A program made the translations under genes and the position numbers. From the sequence record MT612988.1: a DNA stretch of 64,000 bases. The stretch is one strand, 5' to 3'. This document shows, one piece after another, positions 40,941-47,985 of the stretch. Each line of letters opens with the position of its first letter. Position 1 is the first letter of the stretch. A model generated the notes under the pieces. That model was not told the DNA's origin. It saw nothing but the letters and a program-made list of their open reading frames with translations, and ran no database searches.

Positions 40941-41171
40941 ATGTCACATAAATTGCTAGTTATCACATCAATGCACGGTTGCTACGTCGATTACGATTTC
41001 AGAACTGAAATGTTTGACAGATACATGTGTGATGTTGTGATTCCGAACGACTCTGTTGTTTTGTACTCGGGTACAGTTTCAATAGATGAAATTCAAGCAG
41101 TTGCGAACGAATGTTACGCTGACATCAAGATTGAAGAAGTCAGTGATGATGTTTTTGACAGCTATCTTTAA
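40941..41171 (+). CDS. hypothetical acidic protein
   Basis: GAGG RBS, downstream of a promoter. Confidence 0.75.
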   Translation: MSHKLLVITSMHGCYVDYDFRTEMFDRYMCDVVIPNDSVVLYSGTVSIDEIQAVANECYADIKIEEVSDDVFDSYL

Positions 41172-41175
41172 AAAT

Positions 41176-41415
41176 GCCGCTAACTGGCGTACAATACACA
41201 GTGTATTCCCAACATTAGTGCAGACGTAGGCTCGCAACCTACGTTGGTACCGAATCACTGGGACCGAGTAGAAAGTGCATGTGAGATGTCGAAGTCTTGT
41301 ATGTAGAAATAACGCTCGGCTGCTCTGAAATGCTGATTAGCTCTTACTTCGAAACTCTAATTGGGTGGAAGAGGTGTTGTGTTTGACGTGTGTTCGATTC
41401 ACACGAGCGGCGCCA
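41176..41415 (+). ncRNA. 240-nt RNA with tmRNA-like tRNA termini
   Basis: GCCGCT/AGCGGC acceptor + GCCA, T arm GTGTG-TTCGATT-CACAC preceded by GAC, stemless D loop, helix ACAATAC/GTGTTGT. Confidence 0.7.
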
Positions 41416-41428
41416 AGAGGAAATTATA

Positions 41429-41950
41429 ATGAAACCATTGAAGTTCGTTGAAGCGTTCTCTAAAGAAGAACGTGCTGCTATGACGATTGAAGAACGTAGC
41501 AGACTTCGTAAAATATATAACGAACGCTATCAAGAGTATGTTGATAAGTACATCAATGTATTCACTCGAAAAGACTTTCGAAGAGAGCGTTGCTGGGTTA
41601 TTCTTGCACGATGTAAAAAGACTGGTGAAATCATCGGTCGAATTGAAAATAGTTTTAGTATGGGATGGTCTAAAGAGCGTGTTCGTGTTATTCGACCGTA
41701 TCTAAACGGTAATTTCACGGGCGATGACCGCTTCTCTAAAGCTGAGTACAACAAAGCGTGTGCTGAGTACATAACTCATCATGAGAAACAAGTAAAGTCT
41801 CTCAGAGAAGCTTACAAAGACACTCACGACGTTTTCTTATCTCGTGTGGGTAGTAAGAACTGTCCTGTTTCTATTGATTGGGATACGTATTACAGTAAAA
41901 AAGACAAACGAAACTTTGAATATCGAAATTTGAAATTCAAAGTTAAATAA
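41429..41950 (+). CDS. hypothetical basic protein
   Basis: GAGG RBS before ATG 41429. Confidence 0.75.
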   Translation: MKPLKFVEAFSKEERAAMTIEERSRLRKIYNERYQEYVDKYINVFTRKDFRRERCWVILARCKKTGEIIGRIENSFSMGWSKERVRVIRPYLNGNFTGDDRFSKAEYNKACAEYITHHEKQVKSLREAYKDTHDVFLSRVGSKNCPVSIDWDTYYSKKDKRNFEYRNLKFKVK

Positions 41951-41955
41951 TTCAT

Positions 41956-42071
41956 AGTCGGGTAGCTCAGTGGTAGAGCACGAAGAATGATACTGACAAG
42001 TATCGCTCCAGCACTCCTTCAATTGCCTGTTAAGCACGTGGTCGCTGGTTCGAATCCAGCCCCGACTACCA
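41956..42071 (+). ncRNA. tRNA-Asn(GTT)-like RNA with a 41-nt insertion between positions 28 and 29
   Basis: AGTCGGG/CCCGACT+ACCA; CG|TGC-CTGTTAA-GCACG; insert 41983-42023 has GATAC-TGACAA-GTATC plus CAGCAC. Confidence 0.82.
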
Positions 42072-42097
42072 TTTTTGATAAACTAGTGAGGTATAAC

Positions 42098-42334
42098 ATG
42101 AGCGGAACATTTAATATCAACAAAACGTTACTGACTCCGAAACAATTGCGCAATCTAACAGATGAGCGTCTGAATGAATATCGCAAGTCGTTTCGTAAGC
42201 CTCTTGGGTTTTTGAAGCATCTGAACGATACAAACGAATTGACTTCAGATCAGCACAAGAAATTCGTTGAGCTTAATAAGCACTACAACGACGAAATTCT
42301 TGCTGAAATGAACAAGCGAAAACACTTAGGTTAA
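42098..42334 (+). CDS. hypothetical protein
   Basis: GAGGT RBS before ATG 42098. Confidence 0.7.
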   Translation: MSGTFNINKTLLTPKQLRNLTDERLNEYRKSFRKPLGFLKHLNDTNELTSDQHKKFVELNKHYNDEILAEMNKRKHLG

Positions 42335-42604
42335 TAAAATCGCAGAAAATTGAAAAAAATTATCAATTTTCTGCGAAAATACCGCAAATCGTCAGATTTA
42401 GTGTTATAAGTACTATAAAGAAACAAAACAAATTTTAATTTTTATTTCAAGAGAGCATTCAATGACGCATTCGTTTACACATTCATCTGAGACATTACGC
42501 AGCGATTTTTTGCGCTCAGAATTCGTGTATCTAGCGAATCCGATTGCGAACCAGAAGTGGGATACCCTCTTGTAGTCCGATAGTATAACATAGAAGTATA
42601 CTTG

Positions 42605-42628
42605 AGGACGCAAATAGCGTCCTTTTTT
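42605..42628 (+). terminator. intrinsic terminator
   Basis: AGGACGC/GCGTCCT followed by a T tract. Confidence 0.8.
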
Positions 42629-42705
42629 ATGGGCGTAAGAAAGTTAAGAAATTTTGTTTAACGTACTTTGATTACAGAGTATGATAAACAAAGTTAAAGA
42701 ACAAA

Positions 42706-42779
42706 CGGGACGTGGCGTAAAGGTAGCGTTCATGCTTTGGGAGCATGTGGTAAGAGTTCGAGTCTCTTCGTCCCGACCA
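42706..42779 (+). tRNA. tRNA-Pro(TGG)
   Basis: Cloverleaf, loop TTTGGGA, CCA. Confidence 0.93.
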
Positions 42780-42788
42780 ATTTAAAAT

Positions 42789-42865
42789 CCGTGACTAGCT
42801 CAATCTGGTAGAGTACTCCGTTTGGGGCGGAGAAGTTAAGCGTTCGAATCGCTTGTCACGGACCA
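42789..42865 (+). tRNA. tRNA-Pro(TGG), second copy
   Basis: Cloverleaf, loop TTTGGGG, CCA. Confidence 0.93.
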
Positions 42866-42872
42866 GTTTAAT

Positions 42873-42948
42873 GCCCGATTAGCTCAATTGGAAGAGCAGC
42901 GCCCTACGAAGGCGAAGGTTACAAGTTCGAATCTTGTATTGGGTGCCA
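42873..42948 (+). tRNA. tRNA-Arg(ACG)
   Basis: Cloverleaf, loop CTACGAA, CCA. Confidence 0.93.
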
Positions 42949-43150
42949 GTTAGTGTTGTTTGATTGAAGCTCGCTTTCGCACATTCCCGAAACTGCTTCT
43001 ACGAATTGATACGCTTAGGACCGTATCTCGTTAAGTACTGTCGAGATGATAGAATTTAACGAACTTTTCATAAATTAGTGTTTATGATGTCTTGAGCGAG
43101 TGTTAATATTAACACATAGAAAATGAAAACGTTAAGTTCTTCAAAATAAA

Positions 43151-43283
43151 TTCAAAAAGATGTTTACAACGATATAAACATCGTGTACAATGAAGAAAAG
43201 CGAAACATCATTCAAAATCGAATGAAAAGTTTTTCAAAAAAGATGTTTACAACGATAAAAACATCATGTACAATGAAGAAAAG
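43151..43283 (+). promoter_or_regulatory. duplicated early promoters (two ~50-bp direct repeats)
   Basis: TTTACA-17 nt-TACAAT at 43163-43191 and 43246-43274. Confidence 0.85.
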
Positions 43284-43301
43284 AAGTTTACAAAATTTAA
43301 T

Positions 43302-43378
43302 GCGCAAGTAGCCCAATTGGCAGAGGCACTGGTCTTAGAAACCAGAAGTTAAGAGTTCGAATCTCTTCTTGCGTACCA
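43302..43378 (+). tRNA. tRNA-Leu(TAG), short variable loop
   Basis: Cloverleaf, loop CTTAGAA. Confidence 0.9.
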
Positions 43379-43379
43379 A

Positions 43380-43454
43380 GCACCCTTAGCTTATCAGGAA
43401 AAGCGGCGGATTGAAGTCCCGCAGTGCTCGGTTCGATTCCGAGGGGGTGCACCA
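43380..43454 (+). tRNA. tRNA-Phe(GAA)
   Basis: Cloverleaf, loop TTGAAGT. Confidence 0.88.
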
Positions 43455-43543
43455 TATTATAGCTTGTTTGTAAGAGTTAAATCAAGCAAGGGGTTTTAGT
43501 TTTGGGTTATTTAGCAAACGCTCTTAACGTGAAAATCAAATCT

Positions 43544-43618
43544 GGGTCGTTCGTATAACGGTAGTACATCTGGCTTTTAACCAGAACGGTGAGAGTTCGA
43601 ATCTCTTGCGACCCACCA
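43544..43618 (+). tRNA. tRNA-Lys(TTT)
   Basis: Cloverleaf, loop CTTTTAA. Confidence 0.92.
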
Positions 43619-43629
43619 GATTTTATAAT

Positions 43630-43706
43630 GCGTCGGTAGCTCATCATGGAAGAGCAGGGAGCTTTTAACTCTCAGGTGTCTGGTTCGAGTCCAGGGCGGC
43701 GTACCA
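43630..43706 (+). tRNA. tRNA-Lys(TTT), second copy
   Basis: Cloverleaf, loop CTTTTAA. Confidence 0.9.
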
Positions 43707-43769
43707 AATTAGATACATTGTGTATCGCTTTGCAAGTTAGATAGCTTGCAAATCAATATACAATTTAAT

Positions 43770-43844
43770 TCTCCCGTGGACTAACGGTAGGTCATCACCC
43801 TTTCAAGGTGAAGTGCGCGAGTTCGAATCTCGTCGGGAGAACCA
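43770..43844 (+). tRNA. tRNA-Glu(TTC)
   Basis: Cloverleaf, loop CTTTCAA. Confidence 0.92.
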
Positions 43845-43850
43845 AATTAC

Positions 43851-43936
43851 GGAGCGTACGTCTCAAGGTGAGACAGGGGACTGTAAATCCCTGACCCTTA
43901 ACGGGTAGAGAGGTTCGATTCCTCTACGCTCCACCA
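43851..43936 (+). tRNA. tRNA-Tyr(GTA)
   Basis: Loop CTGTAAA, long variable arm. Confidence 0.92.
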
Positions 43937-43941
43937 GTTTT

Positions 43942-44028
43942 AGCTTGCATACTGCAATTTAACTTAATCTATTGATCGCTCGGCGAACTCAGTTCAGACA
44001 GCGATAAACAGACCAAAGAACGCAAGCT
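43942..44028 (+). ncRNA. free-standing helix-CTGCAA RNA
   Basis: AGCTTGC/GCAAGCT closing helix, ATA-CTGCAA, inner ATCGCT/AGCGAT hairpin. Confidence 0.65.
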
Positions 44029-44038
44029 GTTGAATAAT

Positions 44039-44115
44039 TGCGGGGTAGAGAAGTGGTCATCTCGTCGGTCTCATAAGCCGGAGAACGCTGGTTCGAATCC
44101 AGCCCCACGCAACCA
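44039..44115 (+). tRNA. tRNA-fMet(CAT)-like, bulged acceptor stem
   Basis: TGCGGGG/CCC(A)CGCA-ACCA, loop CTCATAA. Confidence 0.8.
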
Positions 44116-44161
44116 AATTTATTTCGACTAAATATTGTTTTACGCAATAAGGAAAATTACA

Positions 44162-44404
44162 ATGAAAACATTTGATGAATTCATTACCGAGTCGAAAGAT
44201 GTTACTTTCGGAGTTTCTGGCTCACTTTTTAGTGGTGCAATGGATAGAGAGAGACATCGAAACATGATGCAAAAACTTGGCGCTGTTAGAGACACCAAAT
44301 CAAAATCACAAGATAATGTTTGGGTTGTCAGTCAAGCGAATGCTGATGCAGTTGAAGAATATCTTAGTCAGTTTGATAAGCTGATGTGGGGTAGACACAA
44401 ATAA
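44162..44404 (+). CDS. candidate internal head protein (capsid-targeting sequence)
   Basis: MKTFDEFITE|S; late-promoter-like ACTAAATA at 44127. Confidence 0.75.
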   Translation: MKTFDEFITESKDVTFGVSGSLFSGAMDRERHRNMMQKLGAVRDTKSKSQDNVWVVSQANADAVEEYLSQFDKLMWGRHK

Positions 44405-44410
44405 TTAATT

Positions 44411-44509
44411 GGAAGGCTTAGCCGAGAGATTCTGGGTAGCGGCAACGGTCTTGAAAACCGTCGGTCACCGGGAGGTGATGTTAGGGTTCGAATCCCTAGT
44501 CTTCCGCCA
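44411..44509 (+). tRNA. tRNA-Ser(TGA), enlarged D loop
   Basis: Loop CTTGAAA, long variable arm. Confidence 0.88.
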
Positions 44510-44573
44510 ATTAGTTAACCGGTAAGTTTAGTCACTTAACCGATTAACACGAGCACTGAAATGTGCTCACTTT

Positions 44574-44647
44574 AGTCCCTTAGCTCAACGGTAGAGCGTG
44601 CGACCGATAATCGCTTGGTAAGAGTTCGATTCTCTTAGGGACTACCA
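44574..44647 (+). tRNA. tRNA-Ile(GAT)
   Basis: Loop CCGATAA. Confidence 0.9.
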
Positions 44648-44653
44648 AATTTT

Positions 44654-44727
44654 AGGGGCATGATGTAAAGGCAGCATGACGGATTCCAAACCCGTTCGTT
44701 AGAGTTCGAATCTCTATGCCCCTGCCA
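44654..44727 (+). tRNA. tRNA-Trp(CCA)
   Basis: Loop TTCCAAA, G73. Confidence 0.9.
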
Positions 44728-44732
44728 GTTTA

Positions 44733-44790
44733 AGTAATCTTACAGCAAACAATACAAAACTTTTATTTGGAAAAAGCAAAAAGGATTACT
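44733..44790 (+). ncRNA. free-standing helix-CAGCAA RNA
   Basis: AGTAATCT/GGATTACT helix, TA-CAGCAA, inner CTTTT-ATTTGGA-AAAAG anticodon-like hairpin. Confidence 0.65.
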
Positions 44791-44802
44791 GTTTAAATTC
44801 AA

Positions 44803-44877
44803 GGGTGTGTAACTCAGAGGCAGAGTAGCAAGCTGTTAACTTGCAAGTCGAGATTTCGAAATTCTCCACGCCCGCCA
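44803..44877 (+). tRNA. tRNA-Asn(GTT), atypical T stem
   Basis: Loop CTGTTAA. Confidence 0.85.
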
Positions 44878-44878
44878 C

Positions 44879-44954
44879 GCTTCATTAACTCAGTTGGTAG
44901 AGTGTCTGACTGTTAATCAGAGAGTCGTTGGTTCGAGTCCAACATGAAGCGCCA
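44879..44954 (+). tRNA. tRNA-Asn(GTT), second copy
   Basis: Loop CTGTTAA. Confidence 0.93.
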
Positions 44955-45023
44955 AATTCGGAGAGTCACTACCGTTAAGTGTGAACTTGAAAAAACAAAG
45001 CAACTAATTTAAGTTGTCTTTGG

Positions 45024-45099
45024 GGAGCCGAGGTGTAAAAGGTTGCATGTCTCCCTGTCACGGAGAAGGTAGCGGGTTCGAAACCCGTCGGTTCCGCCA
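45024..45099 (+). tRNA. tRNA-Asp(GTC)
   Basis: Loop CTGTCAC. Confidence 0.92.
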
Positions 45100-45118
45100 A
45101 AGATAATTTAAGAACAAT

Positions 45119-45192
45119 TGGGGATTGGTGTAAAGGCAGCATAACGTACTTTGAATGCGTTGGTATCAGTTCGAATCTGTTATCCCCAGCCA
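45119..45192 (+). tRNA. tRNA-Gln(TTG)
   Basis: Loop CTTTGAA, U1-A72. Confidence 0.92.
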
Positions 45193-45201
45193 AATACCAT
45201 A

Positions 45202-45315
45202 GAGTGTTTTCAGCAAACAATTTACTAATATTCTTCTGATGAAAAGAAAAGTTCGAGGTTCGATTCCTCTTCAGTGTCGGTATCACTGGTCTGGACGACG
45301 CTAGTAATAACACTC
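45202..45315 (+). ncRNA. circularly permuted tRNA mimic (YrlA-like topology) with CAGCAA
   Basis: GAGTGTT/AACACTC closing helix; order is CAGCAA, anticodon-like hairpin, T arm, loop-capped stem CAGTG/CACTG, D-like GTC-TGGAC-GAC. Confidence 0.75.
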
Positions 45316-45321
45316 AGTTAC

Positions 45322-45396
45322 GCTCCTGAAGCATTGATGGCGATGCAGCGGTCTTGTAAACCGCAGAATTCGGTTCGATTCCGAACGGGAGCACCA
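45322..45396 (+). tRNA. tRNA-Thr(TGT)
   Basis: Loop CTTGTAA. Confidence 0.92.
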
Positions 45397-45421
45397 TATT
45401 GATTAGAAAGTGTTATCATGA

Positions 45422-45429
45422 TATAAATA
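45422..45429 (+). promoter_or_regulatory. late promoter TATAAATA
   Basis: Exact consensus, 31 nt upstream of the 45460 ORF. Confidence 0.8.
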
Positions 45430-45459
45430 GTCATGTAACTACATTTTAGAGGTAATAAC

Positions 45460-45735
45460 ATGTCTATTAAAACATTTTCTGAATATCTTAACGAAGCAAA
45501 GCATCGTGGGTCTGGCGTAGACACTCATGACGGTAAGATTCCGTATGTATACGCTGACAGTAAAGACGCTGCTGCATTTGCTGATTTCGTATCGTCAATA
45601 GGTATGAAGCTTGATTCGAACGGTGAATTGAAGCTTTCTACACGAGATAAAGTACGAAAGTTCTTCTCAGAGCTTGATCAAGAAGCAACTAATTTCATGC
45701 TTCATGGCAACTTTGATATTATTGAATATATGTAA
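45460..45735 (+). CDS. candidate internal head protein (capsid-targeting sequence)
   Basis: MSIKTFSEYLNE|A; late promoter and GAGG RBS. Confidence 0.78.
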   Translation: MSIKTFSEYLNEAKHRGSGVDTHDGKIPYVYADSKDAAAFADFVSSIGMKLDSNGELKLSTRDKVRKFFSELDQEATNFMLHGNFDIIEYM

Positions 45736-45750
45736 AAATTGGTGATTGTA

Positions 45751-45960
45751 ATGGTATATATTTCTGTATGGTGTGAATATGACATTGGTGGGGATTTCGG
45801 TGGCAACAATAACGAAGATGTTTTTTCCGTTAGTGAAGAATTATCTAATGAAGAAGTTGAAGCAAAAGTTGCTGAATATATTTCTGACATTGTTGGTGAG
45901 CCGATTGAAGAACTTGAAGGTTTATACGGTTGGGAATATATTTCAATCACACAGTTGTAA
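45751..45960 (+). CDS. hypothetical acidic protein
   Basis: GGTG RBS before ATG 45751. Confidence 0.65.
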   Translation: MVYISVWCEYDIGGDFGGNNNEDVFSVSEELSNEEVEAKVAEYISDIVGEPIEELEGLYGWEYISITQL

Positions 45961-45967
45961 AAAATAT

Positions 45968-46042
45968 GGGCCGTTAGCTTAATTGGGAAAGCGCCTCACT
46001 TGCAATGAGGAAGATAGGGTTCGACTCCCTGCGTGTCCACCA
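45968..46042 (+). tRNA. tRNA-Ala(TGC), irregular acceptor stem
   Basis: Loop CTTGCAA, G3-U70. Confidence 0.82.
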
Positions 46043-46116
46043 AATTTCGAACACATGAGCGTAGACTCTCTTTACTACCATCGTCTACACTAGTTCATGG
46101 TTCGAATCTTTTCAAT

Positions 46117-46192
46117 GCGCTGTTAGCTCAATTGGAAGAGCACGTCCCTTCTAAGGATGGGGTTATGAGTTCGAATCTCATACGGCGTGCCA
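46117..46192 (+). tRNA. tRNA-Arg(TCT)
   Basis: Loop CTTCTAA. Confidence 0.93.
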
Positions 46193-46204
46193 TATTAAGC
46201 TCTT

Positions 46205-46715
46205 ATCATGCGACGAATGATACTTTGCTTCGGCATATCACGAGCATGGTGAGAGAGACAATATACAGCAAACAATTGAAATTACTTAAAAGAAGTGATG
46301 ATCTTAACCTGGGCTGATTTTAACCTGAGCTTGCTTAGGCGCAGCTTGAAAGGAAAGATTCTCTCTGTCTAGAAATAGTCAGATAGGCGCGTCGCTGAAA
46401 CAGACGATATTTGCTTGTTGAGAATCAATAAGCTAGTCAACTCCGATTTATGCAAAAGACGAAAAAACACTTCGGTATTGTCTGTACTTAATTCGTCGGA
46501 AACGACACTGTAGCCGAAAGGCAAGATACGCTAACTTAGATGTTAGCAGCGATATAGGATGTATCGCGTGGCATTATTATGAACGTTTCTAGTCATCGTC
46601 ATGTAAAACAATCAAAACTAAGCAGAGGTAACAGTACCCACTATGTGGTTCCTCACTCAGACCATGAATATATGGTGTCAGCCAGTGTGCGATTAAATGA
46701 GTTAATTACTGCAAT
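46205..46715 (+). ncRNA. ~500-nt highly structured non-coding region containing a helix-CAGCAA module (46252-46366)
   Basis: Many stable hairpins (C-UUCG-G and GAAA tetraloops); no RBS-led ORF. Confidence 0.6.
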
Positions 46716-46716
46716 T

Positions 46717-46792
46717 GGTGATGTAGCTCAAGTGGCAGAGCAACGCTTTCATACGGCGTAAGATCCGATTTCGAGTATCGGTGTCACCTCCA
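46717..46792 (+). tRNA. tRNA-Met(CAT), atypical (U73, T stem lacks G53-C61)
   Basis: Cloverleaf, loop TTCATAC. Confidence 0.75.
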
Positions 46793-46812
46793 AATTCAAA
46801 AACAAAGAGGTT

Positions 46813-46977
46813 ACGAAGCATGACTACTTTACACTAAGCAAGGGCAACATACGCGATAAAATTCGATATGTTGAAAAATGTCTCGCGAATGAGACCAACC
46901 CGTTCTTTATAAGAACACTTACTGTAGAGCTTACGAATCTACGTGCAATACGTGATTTGTTCGACGCTTCAGATTAA
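46813..46977 (+). pseudogene. 54-codon open frame beginning ACG after a GAGG RBS
   Basis: KHDYFTLSKGNIRDKIRYVEKCL...; no ATG in frame. Confidence 0.4.
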
Positions 46978-46981
46978 CAAT

Positions 46982-47055
46982 GCGGGTATGATGTAATGGT
47001 AGCATGACGTCCTTCCAAGTCGTTCGTCTCGGTTCGAGTCCGTGTACCCGCTCCA
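46982..47055 (+). tRNA. tRNA-Gly(TCC)
   Basis: Loop CTTCCAA, U73. Confidence 0.9.
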
Positions 47056-47061
47056 AATTTT

Positions 47062-47135
47062 GGTCCCTTAGTATAATGGCAGTACGTCTCTTTTACACAG
47101 AGAAAGAAGTGGCTCGATTCCACTAGGGACTACCA
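47062..47135 (+). tRNA. tRNA-Val(TAC)
   Basis: Loop TTTACAC. Confidence 0.88.
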
Positions 47136-47158
47136 TTCTTTATGATGAGAAATAAATT

Positions 47159-47398
47159 ATGACGCCTGCATTACTTGAAACTCATGAATACGTAAACCAC
47201 AACCAAATCGAAAAGCTACAGCAAATGGACAGACTTATGTTTGATTGTTGGCGTGCTGGGTATAAACGTGGCAAGATTTTAGAGCTTGCATTGTCGATTG
47301 AGTCTTCAACAACCGAAGCAGACATCGAAATTTATTTCAAAAATATGTTTACAAGAGAACTATCGGCTGATAGTATCTACTTAAAGAAAACTGTATGA
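47159..47398 (+). CDS. hypothetical protein
   Basis: 79-aa ORF between tRNAs, GAG RBS. Confidence 0.65.
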   Translation: MTPALLETHEYVNHNQIEKLQQMDRLMFDCWRAGYKRGKILELALSIESSTTEADIEIYFKNMFTRELSADSIYLKKTV

Positions 47399-47550
47399 CG
47401 GAGTAGTGCTCCGACCGAATGACACACGCAAATGAGTCCGGTTGACAAACGTTATATGTCCCAAAGTATTGCAGGTAGCGACGGCGGTGTTGCTAGTAGA
47501 TTTATCTATTTCTCCAAGACATAATGCAAGCTTTTAAAGTGTACTTTGGT

Positions 47551-47627
47551 GTGGCAGTGGGTGAAGTGGAAATACCCCCGGGTTGTGATTCCGGAAGATG
47601 CGGGTTCGATCCCCGTCTGTCACCCCA
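47551..47627 (+). tRNA. tRNA-His(GTG)
   Basis: Loop TTGTGAT, C73. Confidence 0.9.
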
Positions 47628-47639
47628 AAGTACATTTAT

Positions 47640-47713
47640 GCTCGAATCGTATAATGGAAGTATGACGGATTGCAAATCCGCAGGTCAGGGTTCGATTCCC
47701 TGTTCGAGCTCCA
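47640..47713 (+). tRNA. tRNA-Cys(GCA)
   Basis: Loop TTGCAAA, U73. Confidence 0.9.
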
Positions 47714-47715
47714 AT

Positions 47716-47792
47716 GCGCACGTGGTCCAATTGGCAGAGGCATGAGGCTTAAAATCTCAGGGATGGCGGTTCGAATCCGCCCGTGCGTACCA
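47716..47792 (+). tRNA. tRNA-Leu(TAA), short variable loop
   Basis: Loop CTTAAAA. Confidence 0.9.
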
Positions 47793-47908
47793 AATTCTAG
47801 CATAAGCCGCGTTCTATACGAAGCTAGACTACCGCCGTTGAAAAACGGTCTCAGCCGAGCGAAAGCTGACAGGTGTTAGGGATTAAAGAGTCGCGGCAGT
47901 TTATTCAA

Positions 47909-47985
47909 GCCCAACTAGTCCAATTGGCAGAGGCACTAGTTTCAAACACTAGGAGTTCCGAGTTCGAATCTCGGGTTGGGCACCA
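47909..47985 (+). tRNA. tRNA-Leu(CAA), short variable loop
   Basis: Loop TTCAAAC. Confidence 0.9.

Noticed and set aside
41176-41415. Calling this RNA a bona fide tmRNA (ssrA)
   Set aside because: No G3-U70/A73, too short, and no convincing tag frame. It is kept as tmRNA-shaped only.
39656-42023. Self-splicing group I/II introns in the tRNAs
   Set aside because: The inserts are 41-49 nt and lack catalytic core elements.
42341-42375. 13-bp AT-rich inverted repeat after the 42098 ORF
   Set aside because: Most simply a terminator-like or processing hairpin, with no further support for a special role.
43495-43540. TTTAGCAAAC in the Phe-Lys spacer as a module copy
   Set aside because: Only a 4-bp flanking helix and a TAGCAA variant, which is too weak.
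43707-43765. GATAC/GTATC hairpin + GCTTTGCAA as another module copy
   Set aside because: An alternative long hairpin (ATTGTGTAT/ATATACAAT, TTTGCAAG/CTTGCAAA) explains it better, and the hexamer deviates.
44975-47879. Track ORFs overlapping tRNAs (44975-45313, 45318-45524, 46033-46317, 46579-46761, 47524-47745, 47670-47879)
   Set aside because: They are translations of tRNA or structured RNA sequence with no RBS and non-protein-like composition.
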